Assembly (NCBI RefSeq): GCF_009914755.1
Contig: NC_060928.1
DNA length: 64,000 nucleotides
Direction: 5' to 3' (one strand)
Source: the human T2T-CHM13v2.0 reference genome, Homo sapiens
Shown: in pieces, positions 40,957 through 54,070 of the stretch
How positions within the stretch are numbered: position 1 is the stretch's first letter
How the letters are laid out: every line of letters begins with the position of its first letter
Notes under the pieces: generated by a model
Database searches by the model: none
Seen by the model: only the letters and a program-made list of their open reading frames with translations
Told to the model about the DNA's origin: nothing
Translations under genes and position numbers: made by a program

Positions 40957-41273
40957 GGCTGTGGGCAGTGGCTCACATCTGTACTCCTAGCACACTCTGG
41001 GAGGCCAAGGCAGGCGGATCACTTGAGGCCAGCAGTTCAACACCAGCCTGGCCAACATGGAGAAACCCCATCTCTACTAAAAACACACAAAAATTAGCCG
41101 GGCGTGGTGGCATTCACTTGTAGTCCCGGCTACTCAGGAGGCTGAGGCAGGAGAATTCCTTAAACCTGGGAGGCAGAGGCTGCAGTGAGCCGAGATCGTA
41201 CCACTGCACTCCAGAGCCTCTGCAGCAGAGCAAGACTCTGTCTGGGGTGGCGGGCTGGGGGGAAGGCAACAAC
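40957..41273 (+). mobile_element. AluS-like element with G-rich tail
   Basis: Full dimer. TSD AAAAGAAAAGCCA at 40944-40956 and 41274-41286. Confidence 0.9.
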
Positions 41274-41666
41274 AAAAGAAAAGCCAGATTACAAAAAAAA
41301 ATATGTAAATGTGACTTCATTATTTCATTTAGAAACAAACACCTTATGACTATATGTAAAGATGTGAAAAGTACAAGAAGAGCACTTGGCGGACTATTTT
41401 CTCTTTTGACAGCTATTAAAATATTTAACGATAATTTGTAGACAATGAGATCATAAATGATTTTTCTTAACTTTTTATGTCAGAGTTTTTTAATAACCAA
41501 ATTTAATACATTAATTATATATTAATTTTCTAATGACTAAAAAATATTCCCATCTGTATTTCTCCTTCATATGGAAGACTAGTCTAGCAATCAAGAGCAT
41601 AGCCTTTGGAATCAGACAGATTGGGGTTTCAATATAGGCTCCATACTTCACTAGCCATATGACCTA

Positions 41667-42023
<357 letters not shown>

Positions 42024-42095
42024 TCAACTTTAGTAATAGGACCAATCCCATTTGTTTGTATATTTGATGGCTTAATGCCTGAGAGTTAAATATGC

Positions 42096-42748
42096 TGTCT
42101 TAGTTCATTGTGTGCTGCTATAACACAATATTTAAAACTGTGTAATTTATAAAGAGCAGGAATTTATGTTCTCACGGTTCTGGAGGCTGGAAAGTCCAAG
42201 ATCAAGGTGCTCTCACTTGGTCTGGTGAGAGCCCAGTCTCTGCTTTCATCTCACTTGGTCTGGTGAGAGCCCAGTCTCTGCTTTCATCTCACTTGGTCTG
42301 GTGAGAGCCCAGTCTCTGCTTTCATCTCACTTGGTCTGGTGAGAGCCCAGTCTCTGCTTTCATCTCACTTTGTCTGGTGAGAGCCCAGTCTCTGCTTTCA
42401 TCTCACTTGGTCTGGTGAGAGCCCAGTCTCTGCTTTCATCTCACTTGGTCTGGTGAGAGCCCAGTCTCTGCTTTCATCTCACTTGGTCTGGTGAGAGTCC
42501 AGTCTGCTTCCACAATGGTGCCTTGAACTTTGTGTCCTCTCTAAAGGAAAAGTGCTGTGTTCTCAAGTAACAGAAGGTGGAGGAACTCCTTTCATCAAGC
42601 CCTTGTATAGAAGTACATAATCCCATTTATTAGGACAGAGCTGTCATGGCCTCATCACCTCCCAGAGGCTCCACCTTCTGATCCCATCAACTTGATAATT
42701 AGGTTTTATTATAGATATTGGAAAAGACACCACATTCAAACCATAGTA
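42096..42748 (-). mobile_element. MaLR LTR (MST/MLT1A-type) hosting a VNTR
   Basis: tgtcttagttcattgtgtgctgctataac...cattcaaaccatag. Confidence 0.85.
42211..42510. repeat. 38 bp minisatellite, ~8 copies
   Basis: Unit TCTCACTTGGTCTGGTGAGAGCCCAGTCTCTGCTTTCA starts at 42211, 42249, 42287, 42325, 42363 (one G>T), 42401, 42439 and 42477 (diverged). Confidence 0.97.
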
Positions 42749-43204
42749 CAGGGTAATATAAATTATTTAGCACTATTCTTGATATATAATTGAAAACTCA
42801 GTGTGTTGACTATGATTTTTGAACACTTATTCATGGTGTTGAATTACTTCTTTTCTTCCCTTTGCTTTTTTACATTTATTCAGCTTTCATTTGGTTGGAA
42901 TTACTCTTTAATATTATGCTTGGAAAAGTTATGTAGGTGGCATTTTACCTTTTGCCTTTCCTTTAAATTATAGTTTTGCTGGTTTTAAAGCTTTTCAGTT
43001 TATAACCTTTCTCTCTGGATTCTGGAAGGGCTGATCAATTGGCTTCTTGTATTTAATTTTGCAGAAGAGAATGCTAAGGGCAATTTGGTTATTTCTTTTG
43101 TAAATAACCTAAATAGGTCTAAATATTATGTTTCAAATGTTAATCTTGTTTTTTCCATTAATATTATCCAACATTAGGTAATCTCTTTTCATTTAAGGAC
43201 TTGA

Positions 43205-43432
<228 letters not shown>

Positions 43433-43544
43433 TAACAATTATCTTACTCATTTGAAACTCTATGTTTTCATGTCATTTGACTAATTAGTTTAAGGAACAT
43501 GCAGCCAGCACATGTATAGTGTCCCCTCTTGTTTTTTTAGCAAT

Positions 43545-44265
43545 TTTTAAAACTTTTATTTTAAGTACAATGACATAACTGCAGGGTTTGTTACAAAGGT
43601 AAACTTGTGTCATGGAAGTCTATTGTACCTAATAGTTGTTTTTCCTGATCATATCCCTCCTCCCAAAATCCACCCTCTGAAAGGATCCAATGTGTGCTGT
43701 TCTCCCTCTATGTGTCCATGTGTTCTCATCATTTAGCTTCCACTTGTAAGTAAGAACATGCAATATTTGGTTTTCTGTTCCTGTGTTAATTTGCTAAGGA
43801 TAATGGCCTCAAGCTCCAACCATGTGCCTGCCGAAGACATGATCTCATTTATTTTTATGGCTGCATAGTATTCCACGGTGTGTATGTACCACATTTTCTA
43901 TTTTTTGTTATTTTCTTTTATTTTTTTTGAGACAGGGTCTTACTTTGTAGACTAGGCTGGAGTGCAGTGATACAATCTCAGCTCACCACAACCTCTGCCT
44001 CCAGGGCTCAAAAATCCTCCCATCTCAGCCTCCCAAGTAGCTGGGACCACAAGCATATACCACCATGCCCAGCTAATTTTGTATGGAGATACGGTTTTGC
44101 CATGTTGCCTGCTCAGGCTGGTCTGGAACTCCTGGGCTGAAGCAATCTACCTGCCTCAGATTCCCAGAGTGCTGGGATTTCAGACATGAGTCACTGTGCC
44201 CAGCCTCTGTACCTTGTTTTATTTATCTAGTCTATCACTGGTGGGCATTTAGGCTGATTCCATCT
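43545..44265 (-). mobile_element. L1PA-type 3' end split by an Alu
   Basis: ggtaaacttgtgtcatgg...gtatgtaccacatttt, resuming at ~44210 (atctagtctatcactggtgggcatttagg). Confidence 0.85.
43894..44205 (-). mobile_element. AluJ-like element
   Basis: gagacagggtcttact...ctcctgggctgaagcaatc...ctgtgcccagcc. Confidence 0.9.
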
Positions 44266-44512
44266 TGATGCTGAATAACCCTATCATGGGGAAAACCCTG
44301 ATACCTTCACTCCCCCAAAATACCACCAACTAAAATCTATTCCAACTCACCTCTATTGAAAGTTCATGACAACAGATGGGTTTACACAGGGGTTGTGCAA
44401 ATAACTTGAAATCAAATATTAGACATTCTGTTCTTAATAAATTTCAGCAACCCAGACAATGGGAATTTCTTTTTGGGTGTCTTTCTTACTGCCTTTCCAT
44501 CCCTCCCTACAA

Positions 44513-44515
44513 TAC

Positions 44516-44561
<46 letters not shown>
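44513..44561. repeat. (CA)n microsatellite
   Basis: Directly visible. Confidence 0.95.
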
Positions 44562-44563
<2 letters not shown>

Positions 44564-46012
44564 CCCTCTTTCTTTTTGAACTGACATAAAAATAAGAGCT
44601 CATCCTTTTAGAATTTTGTTTTTACTTGTAGGGTCCTTTGAAAATGGAAACGTTTTTGTTCACATAAGTGAAAAAAAAGTCTTAATAGTATATGTTATTT
44701 TATTTTACACAAATTACAGCTATAATGGAAAGGGCACTAACCGTGAAGTTAAATTTGGATTTGAATGTTGGCTTCATGAGTCAATACCTGTGTGGCTTTA
44801 AACAACTTACTCAGCCTCATAGTCTTCTCGTGTGTGAAATAAGATTATCAGTCTCACAAGACTGCTGAGGTGATTACCAAGGAAACGCAGGTGAAGATGC
44901 CTAGAGCATAGCCTGCTTATGTGAATAATGAATTTTTAAAACCACTGGGTAAATAAAAGATGTCACTGTGGTACATGGATTTTTTTATACTTTATAAACA
45001 TTCTCTGAGCTCGCATTACGTCTAAGGCACTGCCCTAGATGCTTTGAAAAGCAAGAAAAGGAAGGTACCTGCCCTCCGGAAGTTTAAAATTTAGAGATAA
45101 AGACAAATGCAAAAAAAATGGAATGCCATGTGTAATAGAGATGCAAAGTGAATAATAGTAATACTTGGTAAAATCTGTAAAGACTTCACATAATATAGTT
45201 GGAGCATGAACTAGGTCTCAAATTTTGAGTGGGATACAATCCATATAGACAAAACACGTGCAGAAAAAAAAAATCTTACTTTTTGAATCTAAGAAATCAC
45301 TATTAAACGGTCTATTGGCAAGCATGAGTAAAACCCAAAGACTGAGGCTACAGATATGACCAGCCTGGAGACTTTAGACAAAATATTCCATTTGTCTTCT
45401 TCTGAATCTATGCCTCTTTGTGTAAATTATATGTGCAGTATTCCTCTGAGCCAATTTTGTTTTGCATGAGCCAGTAATGGGCCAGTGAACATTTATTTCA
45501 AGAAAAACAGAAGTATGGTGTTTATTATAGCATCCTCTGTAGCCAGAATAACTAAATAAAAGAATGAGTATCTCCAGAGATCTCCCCCACCCCCCAAAAA
45601 ATAACTAGAAGTTTCAGGAAGCTACTGAATCAGAGAGGCAAAAAGGCACTATTTTAATTTTTCATATTTTATTTATTATTGTAGAAGAAATCCAATTAAT
45701 ATGCAATTTGTTTCAATAACTGAGAAAAACATCCCATTATGGAATAAAGGTAGTATTATAAACTGGTGTCGTTTTTCATACAGGATGACTACCAACCAGA
45801 ACTCAGTAAGGCAAATATTTTTCCAGAAGTAGGGATGTGTTTGAGCCAAATCCACTCTCATTTTTTAAATCCATGTTCTTTGTGACCTAACAGTGAAGTT
45901 TGATTCATTGAAGCCACTAAGTGATGAAACACTATGAAATTTACTAGCAATTATTTCTCCATTTAATTTTATGAATTTCCTCCAGTTTCACTAATATCAT
46001 CAGCAAATTTTT

Positions 46013-46018
46013 CACACA

Positions 46019-46049
<31 letters not shown>
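46013..46049. repeat. (CA)n microsatellite
   Basis: Directly visible. Confidence 0.9.
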
Positions 46050-46051
<2 letters not shown>

Positions 46052-46146
46052 TGTGGTGTTATTAACAGCTTTATTAATCTGTATCTCATTAGTCTTAGCC
46101 TTGGCTAATTGTAAACATCAAATCCATCATAAAATAATAAGTACTC

Positions 46147-46290
46147 AGCCAGGCACATGTGGTCCCAGCTACTTAGGAGGCTGAGGTGGGAAGATCACTT
46201 GAGCCTGGTTGGTTGAGGATGCAGTGAGCCATGATTGCACCACTGCACTCCAGCCTGGGCAACAGAAAAAAATCCTGTCTCAAAAATACT
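46147..46290 (+). mobile_element. Alu right monomer (AluJ/FRAM-like)
   Basis: gtcccagctacttaggaggctgaggtgggaagatcacttgagcc...cctgtctcaaaaa. Confidence 0.85.
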
Positions 46291-46575
46291 AAGAAGAAGA
46301 AGAGGTATTCAAATATCTCTGAAAGCAATTCTGAAATACTTACCCCAAAGTGATATTTGAACAACTGGAAAAAGTGTGTGTTCTCCAAAATAACTCCTTT
46401 TAAAAATACAACCTTAAGATTAAATACATAAATATATGCTGTATTTGTCTAATTTTTGGCAGGAACACATCACATCACTTCATGGTTTCTTATAACACTC
46501 TTTGCATTACCAGCTGCATATACCAACTCTTTGTGAATAGGGACTGAATCTTCCATGTGTAGCTCTGCCATTGTA

Positions 46576-47210
46576 CGGTAAGTCCTCACCTGATGTCATG
46601 GATAGGTTCTTGGAATCTGCACCTTTAAGGAAAACAATGTATAACAAAATCAATTTTACCCATAGGCTAGTTGATATACGTAAGAGTTATGTTCCTACAT
46701 CTCTCATCACAAAAACATCACCGAAGTTCTAAATAGACCAAAGACTTCCAATATTAAAATTGAAATAAATGTGAGCTATACATACATTGAAGAAAGATTA
46801 GTAAAAACAAGATAAGTGTTTACCAACTTATTCCACTTCAGGGTTACAGGTGGCCTCAGAGCCTATCCCAGCAGCTCAGGCACAAGGTGGCAACTGACCT
46901 TGGCCAGGATGCCTGTCCACCACAGGGTGCACTCATACAATACTCACTCACTCACTCACTCACTCACTCACTCACTCACTCACTCCCTCACACTGGGACC
47001 ATGGGGACAAGCAGATGAACCTAATGCGCACATCAATGGAATGTGGGAGAATACAGGAGTACAGGAGTACTTGGAGAAAACCCACACAGACATAAAGAGA
47101 ACATGCAAACTCCACACAGTATCACTGCCGGAGATTCTTTTTGTTTTTTTTCCTCATCAATTTATAACCAAACAATGTTGATCAAAATGACGTAACTAGA
47201 GGACCTTCTG
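46576..47210 (+). mobile_element. MER82-type Tigger-family DNA element with internal (CACT)n
   Basis: ta|cggtaagtcctcac...ataggttcttgg start and gaggaccttctg end. (CACT)n at ~46943-46990. Orientation follows the recalled consensus. Confidence 0.7.
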
Positions 47211-47979
47211 TGTATAAGGATTGAGGACTATTGTAAAACTCTAAAGAAACAAGGGGGAAAAAAATGGGCCCTTGGCCTAATTAGCATGGGACAGCAAAGA
47301 AATGAGCTTTCAAAAGATTAAATATAAACATAAGCATTTCCTCTTTCAGCTGAAATGAGTATGGTGAATATTGTGTAATGATCAGTGTCACAGCAGTCCC
47401 AGCCATGTCCCAACCATGTATTTTCTAATTCAGGGAGGAAGCTATTGTAACTCTGCAGGGTCTCACTCACTTTGATTTATGCTGTGCTCTCAGCTCCTGA
47501 AAAATTCTTTAGAACAACCTGAGAAGTGACTGTAATCTGATTGTTCTCTGGGAGCAGTAGGGATTCTATGATGGCACTAGTAGTGTTCTGTTTTTTTCTA
47601 ATGAGTTCTAGTAATGAATGGGGAGTTGGTACCCAAACTATTGAGAATCTGGCTGGTATTTTGCTCAAAAAGGGTGTACTCTCCTTAGAAAATATACTCT
47701 GTACTCTAGAGGATTTCTCCTTCAGAGCCATTTCATGATGGGGAAGCAGACTTTTAGAGATTTGCTTTTTAAAAATATGTGTGTATATATATTTTTTAAC
47801 CAAGAAGAAAACAATTCTGCAAACATTGCTGAAATGTGTAAAGACACCTTCATGGTATATCCTATTTTTTACTTGGAGAAAGAAATAATATCAAGAAGCA
47901 AAAGTTATTATTCATGTTTTTCTGCATTTTTATTAATAAATTTTGTAACTAATTCTAAAGTATCTGGCTAACAGAGAAC

Positions 47980-48029
47980 AATATTTGTGCATTTAATCAA
48001 ATGCACAAATATTTGATTATTTAATCAAA
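47980..48029. repeat. Perfect inverted repeat (15 bp stem) plus an overlapping second hairpin
   Basis: AATATTTGTGCATTT-aatc-AAATGCACAAATATT (47980-48013) and TTTGATTA-tt-TAATCAAA (48012-48029). Confidence 0.9.
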
Positions 48030-48929
48030 GATGACAAAAACTCAACTAGCTGAAAATATTTCATATCTATGCTTGTTTTTATATTTACTCATTATCTACA
48101 TGATTTTTATTTAGTGTGCCTTGATATATATTTTTCTTCAACAATGTGTAAGATTCTATCTCATAAGTCTTGTTCTCTTCTTAGTTCTAAGCATTTACTA
48201 CTATTTAGATTTGTGATGAGGAAATGAGGCTGAAAATGATATGACACAGTGAAAAAGGAACTAATAGTGTCAGCCCATAAAACTATCTCAGGAAATGAGG
48301 TGGAACCTCATAGAGATAACCTCGTTAAGAGGAGTCAGAAAAATGTACATTGCACATCCACATAATTGGAAATAGGCTGTGATAGGAAACTAGGAATTAC
48401 CAAAATGATTGCAGATGTCCTTGACTCATAAGGCTGATTTTCATTTAGCACACCTTCTCATATACAGGTGGAGCAAAGCAATCAATTGTCATAGAATCAC
48501 AGAATTTTTAATTTTCAATTGAGTTCTGAGTTCTTCCAAAGCAGCCACCGTACAATGGGACCATGTTTATGCTACATGGTTTATAGGTACCTGCATTTAA
48601 TAGCTTAGACTGAGCTTTGCAGTTCAGCTGTATATGTTTCAAAAAGTTTAGAACCATATTAATATGTATGTCTTTGGTTAATATATGAAATATTTTGAAA
48701 TATTGTTATACGCTGCAAACAATTGATTAGTTACAAGCCCAGCCAAAGTGCTAGGCCTTGAACTTTGAGAAATAGAAAGTACTACACAAAGCATGATTTC
48801 TAATTATGGGGTGCATGAAATTTGGTTGTGTCCCCCAAACAAATTATTTCAGTGGTAAGATAGTGCTGGAAAATAAGTATATACATACCAAATTAACTGG
48901 TACAAGAAATTAGGGAAAGAATTTAAGTT

Positions 48930-49150
48930 TTTTGGCTCAGTACCAGATAAATTTGGATTCAAGCTTCTTCTTTGCCACTAAGTTGCTGTATTGCCACAGT
49001 AAGTTCCTTACCTTTGCTGTGTCTCACTTTTTTCATTTACAAAACGGGGAATAATATAGCTATAATAGCATAGGGTAGCTTTAAGGATGAAATACAATAC
49101 CGAGAAATACAGTTTTGCAATACTTGGCACTCTGTAAATGGCAGCTATTT
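48930..49150 (+). mobile_element. MIR
   Basis: ttggattcaagcttcttctttgccactaagttgctgt...gtctcacttttttcatttacaaaacggggaataat. Confidence 0.75.
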
Positions 49151-50854
49151 ACAGCAACTCATGAAAGATTATTTATAAGTTTGGTGACTTAATGGAGATG
49201 GGGTTTTACTGGAACATTGAAATATATTATGAATTTCATAAATGTGAAACTCATAGGAAAAAAGTCAAAATAGGAAGCCTCGAACCTAGAAATAGTACCA
49301 GATGTGAAAACTTGTTAAATAATTTTTATTTAAAGCTGGTTTCCAAGAAATATAAAATTTCCAAGCAATGTTTTTCCACCTGTTGCAATCTAGTCAAGTG
49401 TAAAATTTTCACCTCAAGTAAAACATCACTCATAAGCACATCTTGGGGGAAAAATACTTGTTAGCAAAATTCATTTAAGAAAATATTAACACTTCAGGAA
49501 CAAAAAAGCCTGGGTAAATAACTGGTTATAAGACTTAACTTTATTAATATATTTCTATAAATTTATTGGAATATTGTTGGACAATTGTGGTCATTATGGT
49601 AATGGTACAGAATGTACATGTAATAAATTTTGATGACATCGCAATGTTAATAAAATACCTAACAACGTTGACAGGGAGAAGAGGGAAATTAGGAAGCAAT
49701 GTGGGAGGTTCAATATCCTCATCTTTTACATAATGTTTGTATTTGAATCCATCTAAAATTGAAAAATTGTTTATAAGATATAATGACTTAATGTTAATGT
49801 TTTTATTTCTTCTCTTAACCTGAAAGTGACACTTTAAAATGTCAATACTTACAGTGCTTAAAGTGGATTTGTTAAAAATCAGTACATTTTTTCAATATCA
49901 CTTCATTAATTTTTTTTCATTTAATCTAAGTAGTATTTATCCCAAATTGCATTTAGTAAAAGATATTTCTTGCTTCATATCCAGATCTAGGACACAGCTA
50001 CTTTGGCCCATAAGGAAAAATTCATTTGGCCGTCTGCTTAAGTTTTTGGCACTTCATTCAATGTATTTCTGTTACTTTAATATAAAAGTTTTTAAAAAGC
50101 AATTCTATCTTTTAAAAATATTTATTCTCCTAATCATGTTTTCATTTGATGTTTATAATTTTTAATTCTGAGTAGTGAGACTGAGGGTTTCTAAAAATTA
50201 TCTGTAGTTTTCTTCATTGTTTACATTCTTTGAGTAAACATATGTCTTTTATACTCACCAAAAAACACACACACACACATTCTAACAAGGCATGAACTGT
50301 TTTCTATTTTTCACTTGAAGATTAGTCATTTTTCTTCAAATTCCATGGAATTTTGTTAGACTTTTATGATACAATGTATCATCTTCTTCCTTGAATCCAT
50401 TGTGTATACGTATTTAATTTACAATAGTAAAATTATATTACACATGTTAGCCGTTTATTTTAACTTTCTTCAAAAAGTAACATGACATTTAGTTATTTGA
50501 ATCTAGGAAAGTTAAATTCTATAAAATTACAATAAGTGTAGGCTACAATTTTAATCAAAATGCACATAATTTTTAAAGTGAATAGTTTAATTATCATTTA
50601 ATAATATCAAAGTTAATCTCAAAAATTTGATTAAAAACACATTATCAAATAATTAAATGCTTAGAGCTAAAAATTGAGAACATTTGGTGCTTATTCAACA
50701 AAATTCCAAGTTTCATTGTTTTAGAATATTAAAAATCGTGTTTTCATATGTTATAGTATACACCAAAAATACTTATTTCCCATATACTCTCAATTTTTTT
50801 CATTGAACATGTTCTTTTCACAGGGAAACATTCCCTTTAGTTTTTCAGCTTTTT

Positions 50855-51185
50855 TGTTTGTTTGGTTTTGTTGTTTGGTTTTGTTTTTTGTTTTGTTTTT
50901 GTTTTTCTGAGACGGAGTCTCACTCTGTCTCCCAGGCGGGAGTGCAGTGGTGCAGTCTCCACTCACGGCAACCTCCACCTCCTGGGTTCAAGCAATTCTC
51001 TGTCTCAGCCTCCCGAGTAGCTGGGATTACAGGCGCCCACCACCACGCCCGGCTACTTTTGGTATTTTCGTACAGATGGGGTTTCACCATCCTGGCCAGG
51101 CATTTCGTGAACTCCTGATCTTGTGATCCACCCACCTCGCCTCCCAAAGTGCTGGGATTACTGGCGTGAGCCACCGCCCCCGGCC
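50855..51185 (-). mobile_element. AluS-like element
   Basis: Full dimer. TSD AGTTTTTCAGCTTTTT at 50839-50854 and 51186-51201. Confidence 0.94.
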
Positions 51186-51539
51186 AGTTTTTCAGCTTTT
51201 TACTCCTCCATTTTGACCTTCCGTGAATGAGACTCACTCTCTCAAATCCATATCCATTGAAGTCTCTTCAGATCAGTGGTGTCTTAATATTGTTTCTAAA
51301 CCTCCTAATCTCATTAGAAATATAAGGGTAATAAGAGGATGGAGAGGAAGTTTCCGACTGAGATCAGGTGGTTAGAAAATAGTTACCTCTTCCTGGATTG
51401 TCTAGAAAGTAATTTACGTTGAAACTCGCACATACATTTTAAGCCCAATATAATACTCTGTACTATAGAACTAAATTCCACTTGCGTGAATTACAACTAC
51501 TGAGAGAGAATACCTAGAACCGAATTCAATATATCATAT

Positions 51540-51947
51540 TGTATTAGGCCGTTCTTACATTGCTTTAAAGAAATACCTGAGACTGAGTAATTTATAAGGA
51601 AAAGAGGTTTAATTGGCTCACAGTTCTGCAGGCTGTACAAGCATGGTGCTGGCATCTCTTGGCTTTTGGGGAAGCCTCAGGAAGCATTTATTCACAGCAG
51701 AAGGTGAAGCAGGAGGTTGCCCGTCACATGGCGAAAACAGGAGCAAGAGAGATGACTGGCGGGCAGGTTGTCACACACTTTTAAACTACTAAATCTCGTG
51801 AGAACTCACTCACTATTGTGAGGACAGCATCAAGCCATGAGGTATCCACCCCTATGACCCCAACGCCTCCCATTAGGCCCCACCTCCAACACTGGAGCCC
51901 ACATTTCAACAGGAGATTTGGAGGGGACACATATTCAAATCATATCA
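51540..51947 (-). mobile_element. MSTA-type MaLR solo LTR
   Basis: TGtattaggccgttc...caaatcatatCA with 5 bp TSD CATAT (51535-51539, 51948-51952). Confidence 0.92.
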
Positions 51948-52286
51948 CATATTTAGCGTCATTTCAAGTTAATTTTGTGAAGGAATTTGTGTAATCAAAA
52001 TCCTGCCAGTCTATTGAAAACTTTGAAAAGTCGAAGTCAGAAATTATTTCAAATCGAATACACTACTATTAATAAAATTACACTGCACAAAATCTATGGT
52101 TTTGAGAGCTTATAGCCTAGAAGAAGCAGGAAACCACGTAGGTTTTTGTGGGGGTCTACACATAAGATTGCCTCAAATACCCTGAGCATGCAATGTGGAG
52201 TCCAAAGCCTTCCCAGATTTCTTCAAACTCCTAGCATGTTATGCTGCCTTGATTCTTTCCCCCATGTGAGCTCTATAGCTGTGCGT

Positions 52287-52782
52287 TGTTGAAGAAATCA
52301 GAGCTGAGTAGCAGTTAAAATGGAAAAACAAAAAAAAAACCCAGACTTTATTTAAAAACTATTGCAATAGGGGAAAAGAGATTTCAGTATTGAATAGAAC
52401 TGAGCTCAGTTCCAAATATATCATGGATAAGTGGGGATTTATATTCAAGGGAGGCAGTCTGGAATGAAAAATTACTGAGATTAAGCATCAAGAGTAGAGG
52501 GTTGATTCTGGTTTAATATACCTAACAGGAATCTTGCTGAAGGCAGGCTGGAGTGACCAGCCATCACTTGGGGGATGAGGAATTTGATCAGACATTGAGG
52601 TTCATCAGATATCACATTTAGGACGTTTTCTTTAAACTGACTTAGCAAGATTCTCATTACAATTGAGTGATGCCAAGACTAACAGAGACCCCCAAATGTA
52701 GATGTCTAGTTGGGAACAGGATTCACAGGTGCCGAACTAAAGTTTGACTAACTAAAACTTAAACTGAAGAGAGCCATTGTCA
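52287..52782 (-). mobile_element. MER31-like ERV1 solo LTR
   Basis: TG...CA ends, 4 bp TSD-like GCGT/GCAT, and internal actattgcaatagggg...gaactgagctca...ctaaagtttgac. Confidence 0.7.
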
Positions 52783-53159
52783 GCATGTTATTTTTTTTTC
52801 ACCCAGACAAACCTAAATAACTCATTCTTTTCCCCAACTTCTATAAAAAAAAATCACTTATAACAACCTTTTAACAAATGTTAATGAAAAATTGTGACTA
52901 GTAAGGGGAGGTCACAGAGAGGAATTTTGCCTCATTTTCCATTCTTGTTCCTTGTTAGGTATCTTCCCAAATTATTTCCTGGAGATCCAAATCCTTCTTC
53001 CTTTACTTGCAAGAACAGTTCTATTTCCATATTTGCACAGCCACTCCCATTCAGGTTTACTCTCAAGAAAACTGAGGAAACCCTGTTAATAGGACCCATT
53101 ATTCTCAGAAAGCCAGTAGAATTAGAAATGGAAATTTTCTGCTGACGTGCAATTGATGC

Positions 53160-54070
53160 TGTAGTAGCATGTGCTACAGTTCCGTGCCCAGGATAAAATA
53201 GAGGGCACCATGTTGGGAGTGGACAGTCCTACTAAAGGCATCATGAATGGCTCCATGTAAAAGATGACTCTGGAGCTAAAGCTTGAAAGATAACATCTTG
53301 TATAGACGGTCGCCATGATCATAAGGTGAAGTCAAGAGATGGGAGTTGAGGAGGAAATATTCAAACAGATGGAACAAAATGAACAATGACACAGAAGTTC
53401 CTTTTAGCTGGAGTGTGTGACTGTGAGTCACGGTGTAGGAATAGAGAGGCTCAGGAGAGAGAAAATAAAATATGAAACTATCCAGGGAGTAAGGAATCAG
53501 GTCATGAAGAATATTGTATATCTGTTAAAATATTTGAGTTGAATCCCTTGAGTCATCTATTCTGAGTCACAGGAATATGTTACAGCATGCATTGAAAATG
53601 TTTAATATTGAAGAACCAAAGTCTGACTTTTTCTATCCTATGTGATTCCTGCATTGCCTATATGATACTCTCACTCAGTTGGATTGCAATATACTTTTTT
53701 GAGTGGGCAAGAATGGGATGTAATTAAAGCTAGCATACTGGGACATGTTCATAAGCCTAGATGCTCCCAAGGATGTTTCTTTCTTCTGAAAACCATGTTT
53801 CATGTGGGCCAGAGTACAAAACAAATATTGAGAAGCATTGTTTTGGGCATTAAGGATTTTAAGCATGGAAGGGCAAATAATATTTGATCTTTTAGAAGGA
53901 TCATTTTGGTAGACAAATAGGATCTACTTGGCAGCTTATCAGATATAACTCAAAGAAAAATTGGCAAAGGTCTGTATTAAGTAGTAACAACAGAAATTAA
54001 AAGAAGGCAAATTACATGAAAACTATTGTGAGGCTAGGAACGAGGGAATGGGACTGAAGGGCTCGTTAGC
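53160..54070 (-). mobile_element. L2 fragments
   Basis: Purine-rich blocks such as gattttaagcatggaaggg...tttagaaggatcattttggt. Confidence 0.5.

Noticed and set aside
42211-42510. CRISPR-like array (38 bp repeats with an internal palindrome)
   Set aside because: Units are head-to-tail with no unique spacers, there are no cas genes, and the context is a primate MaLR LTR. It is a minisatellite.
46816-47181. 121 aa ORF with THSL repeats
   Set aside because: Lies inside a MER82-type element; the repeats come from the (CACT)n microsatellite.
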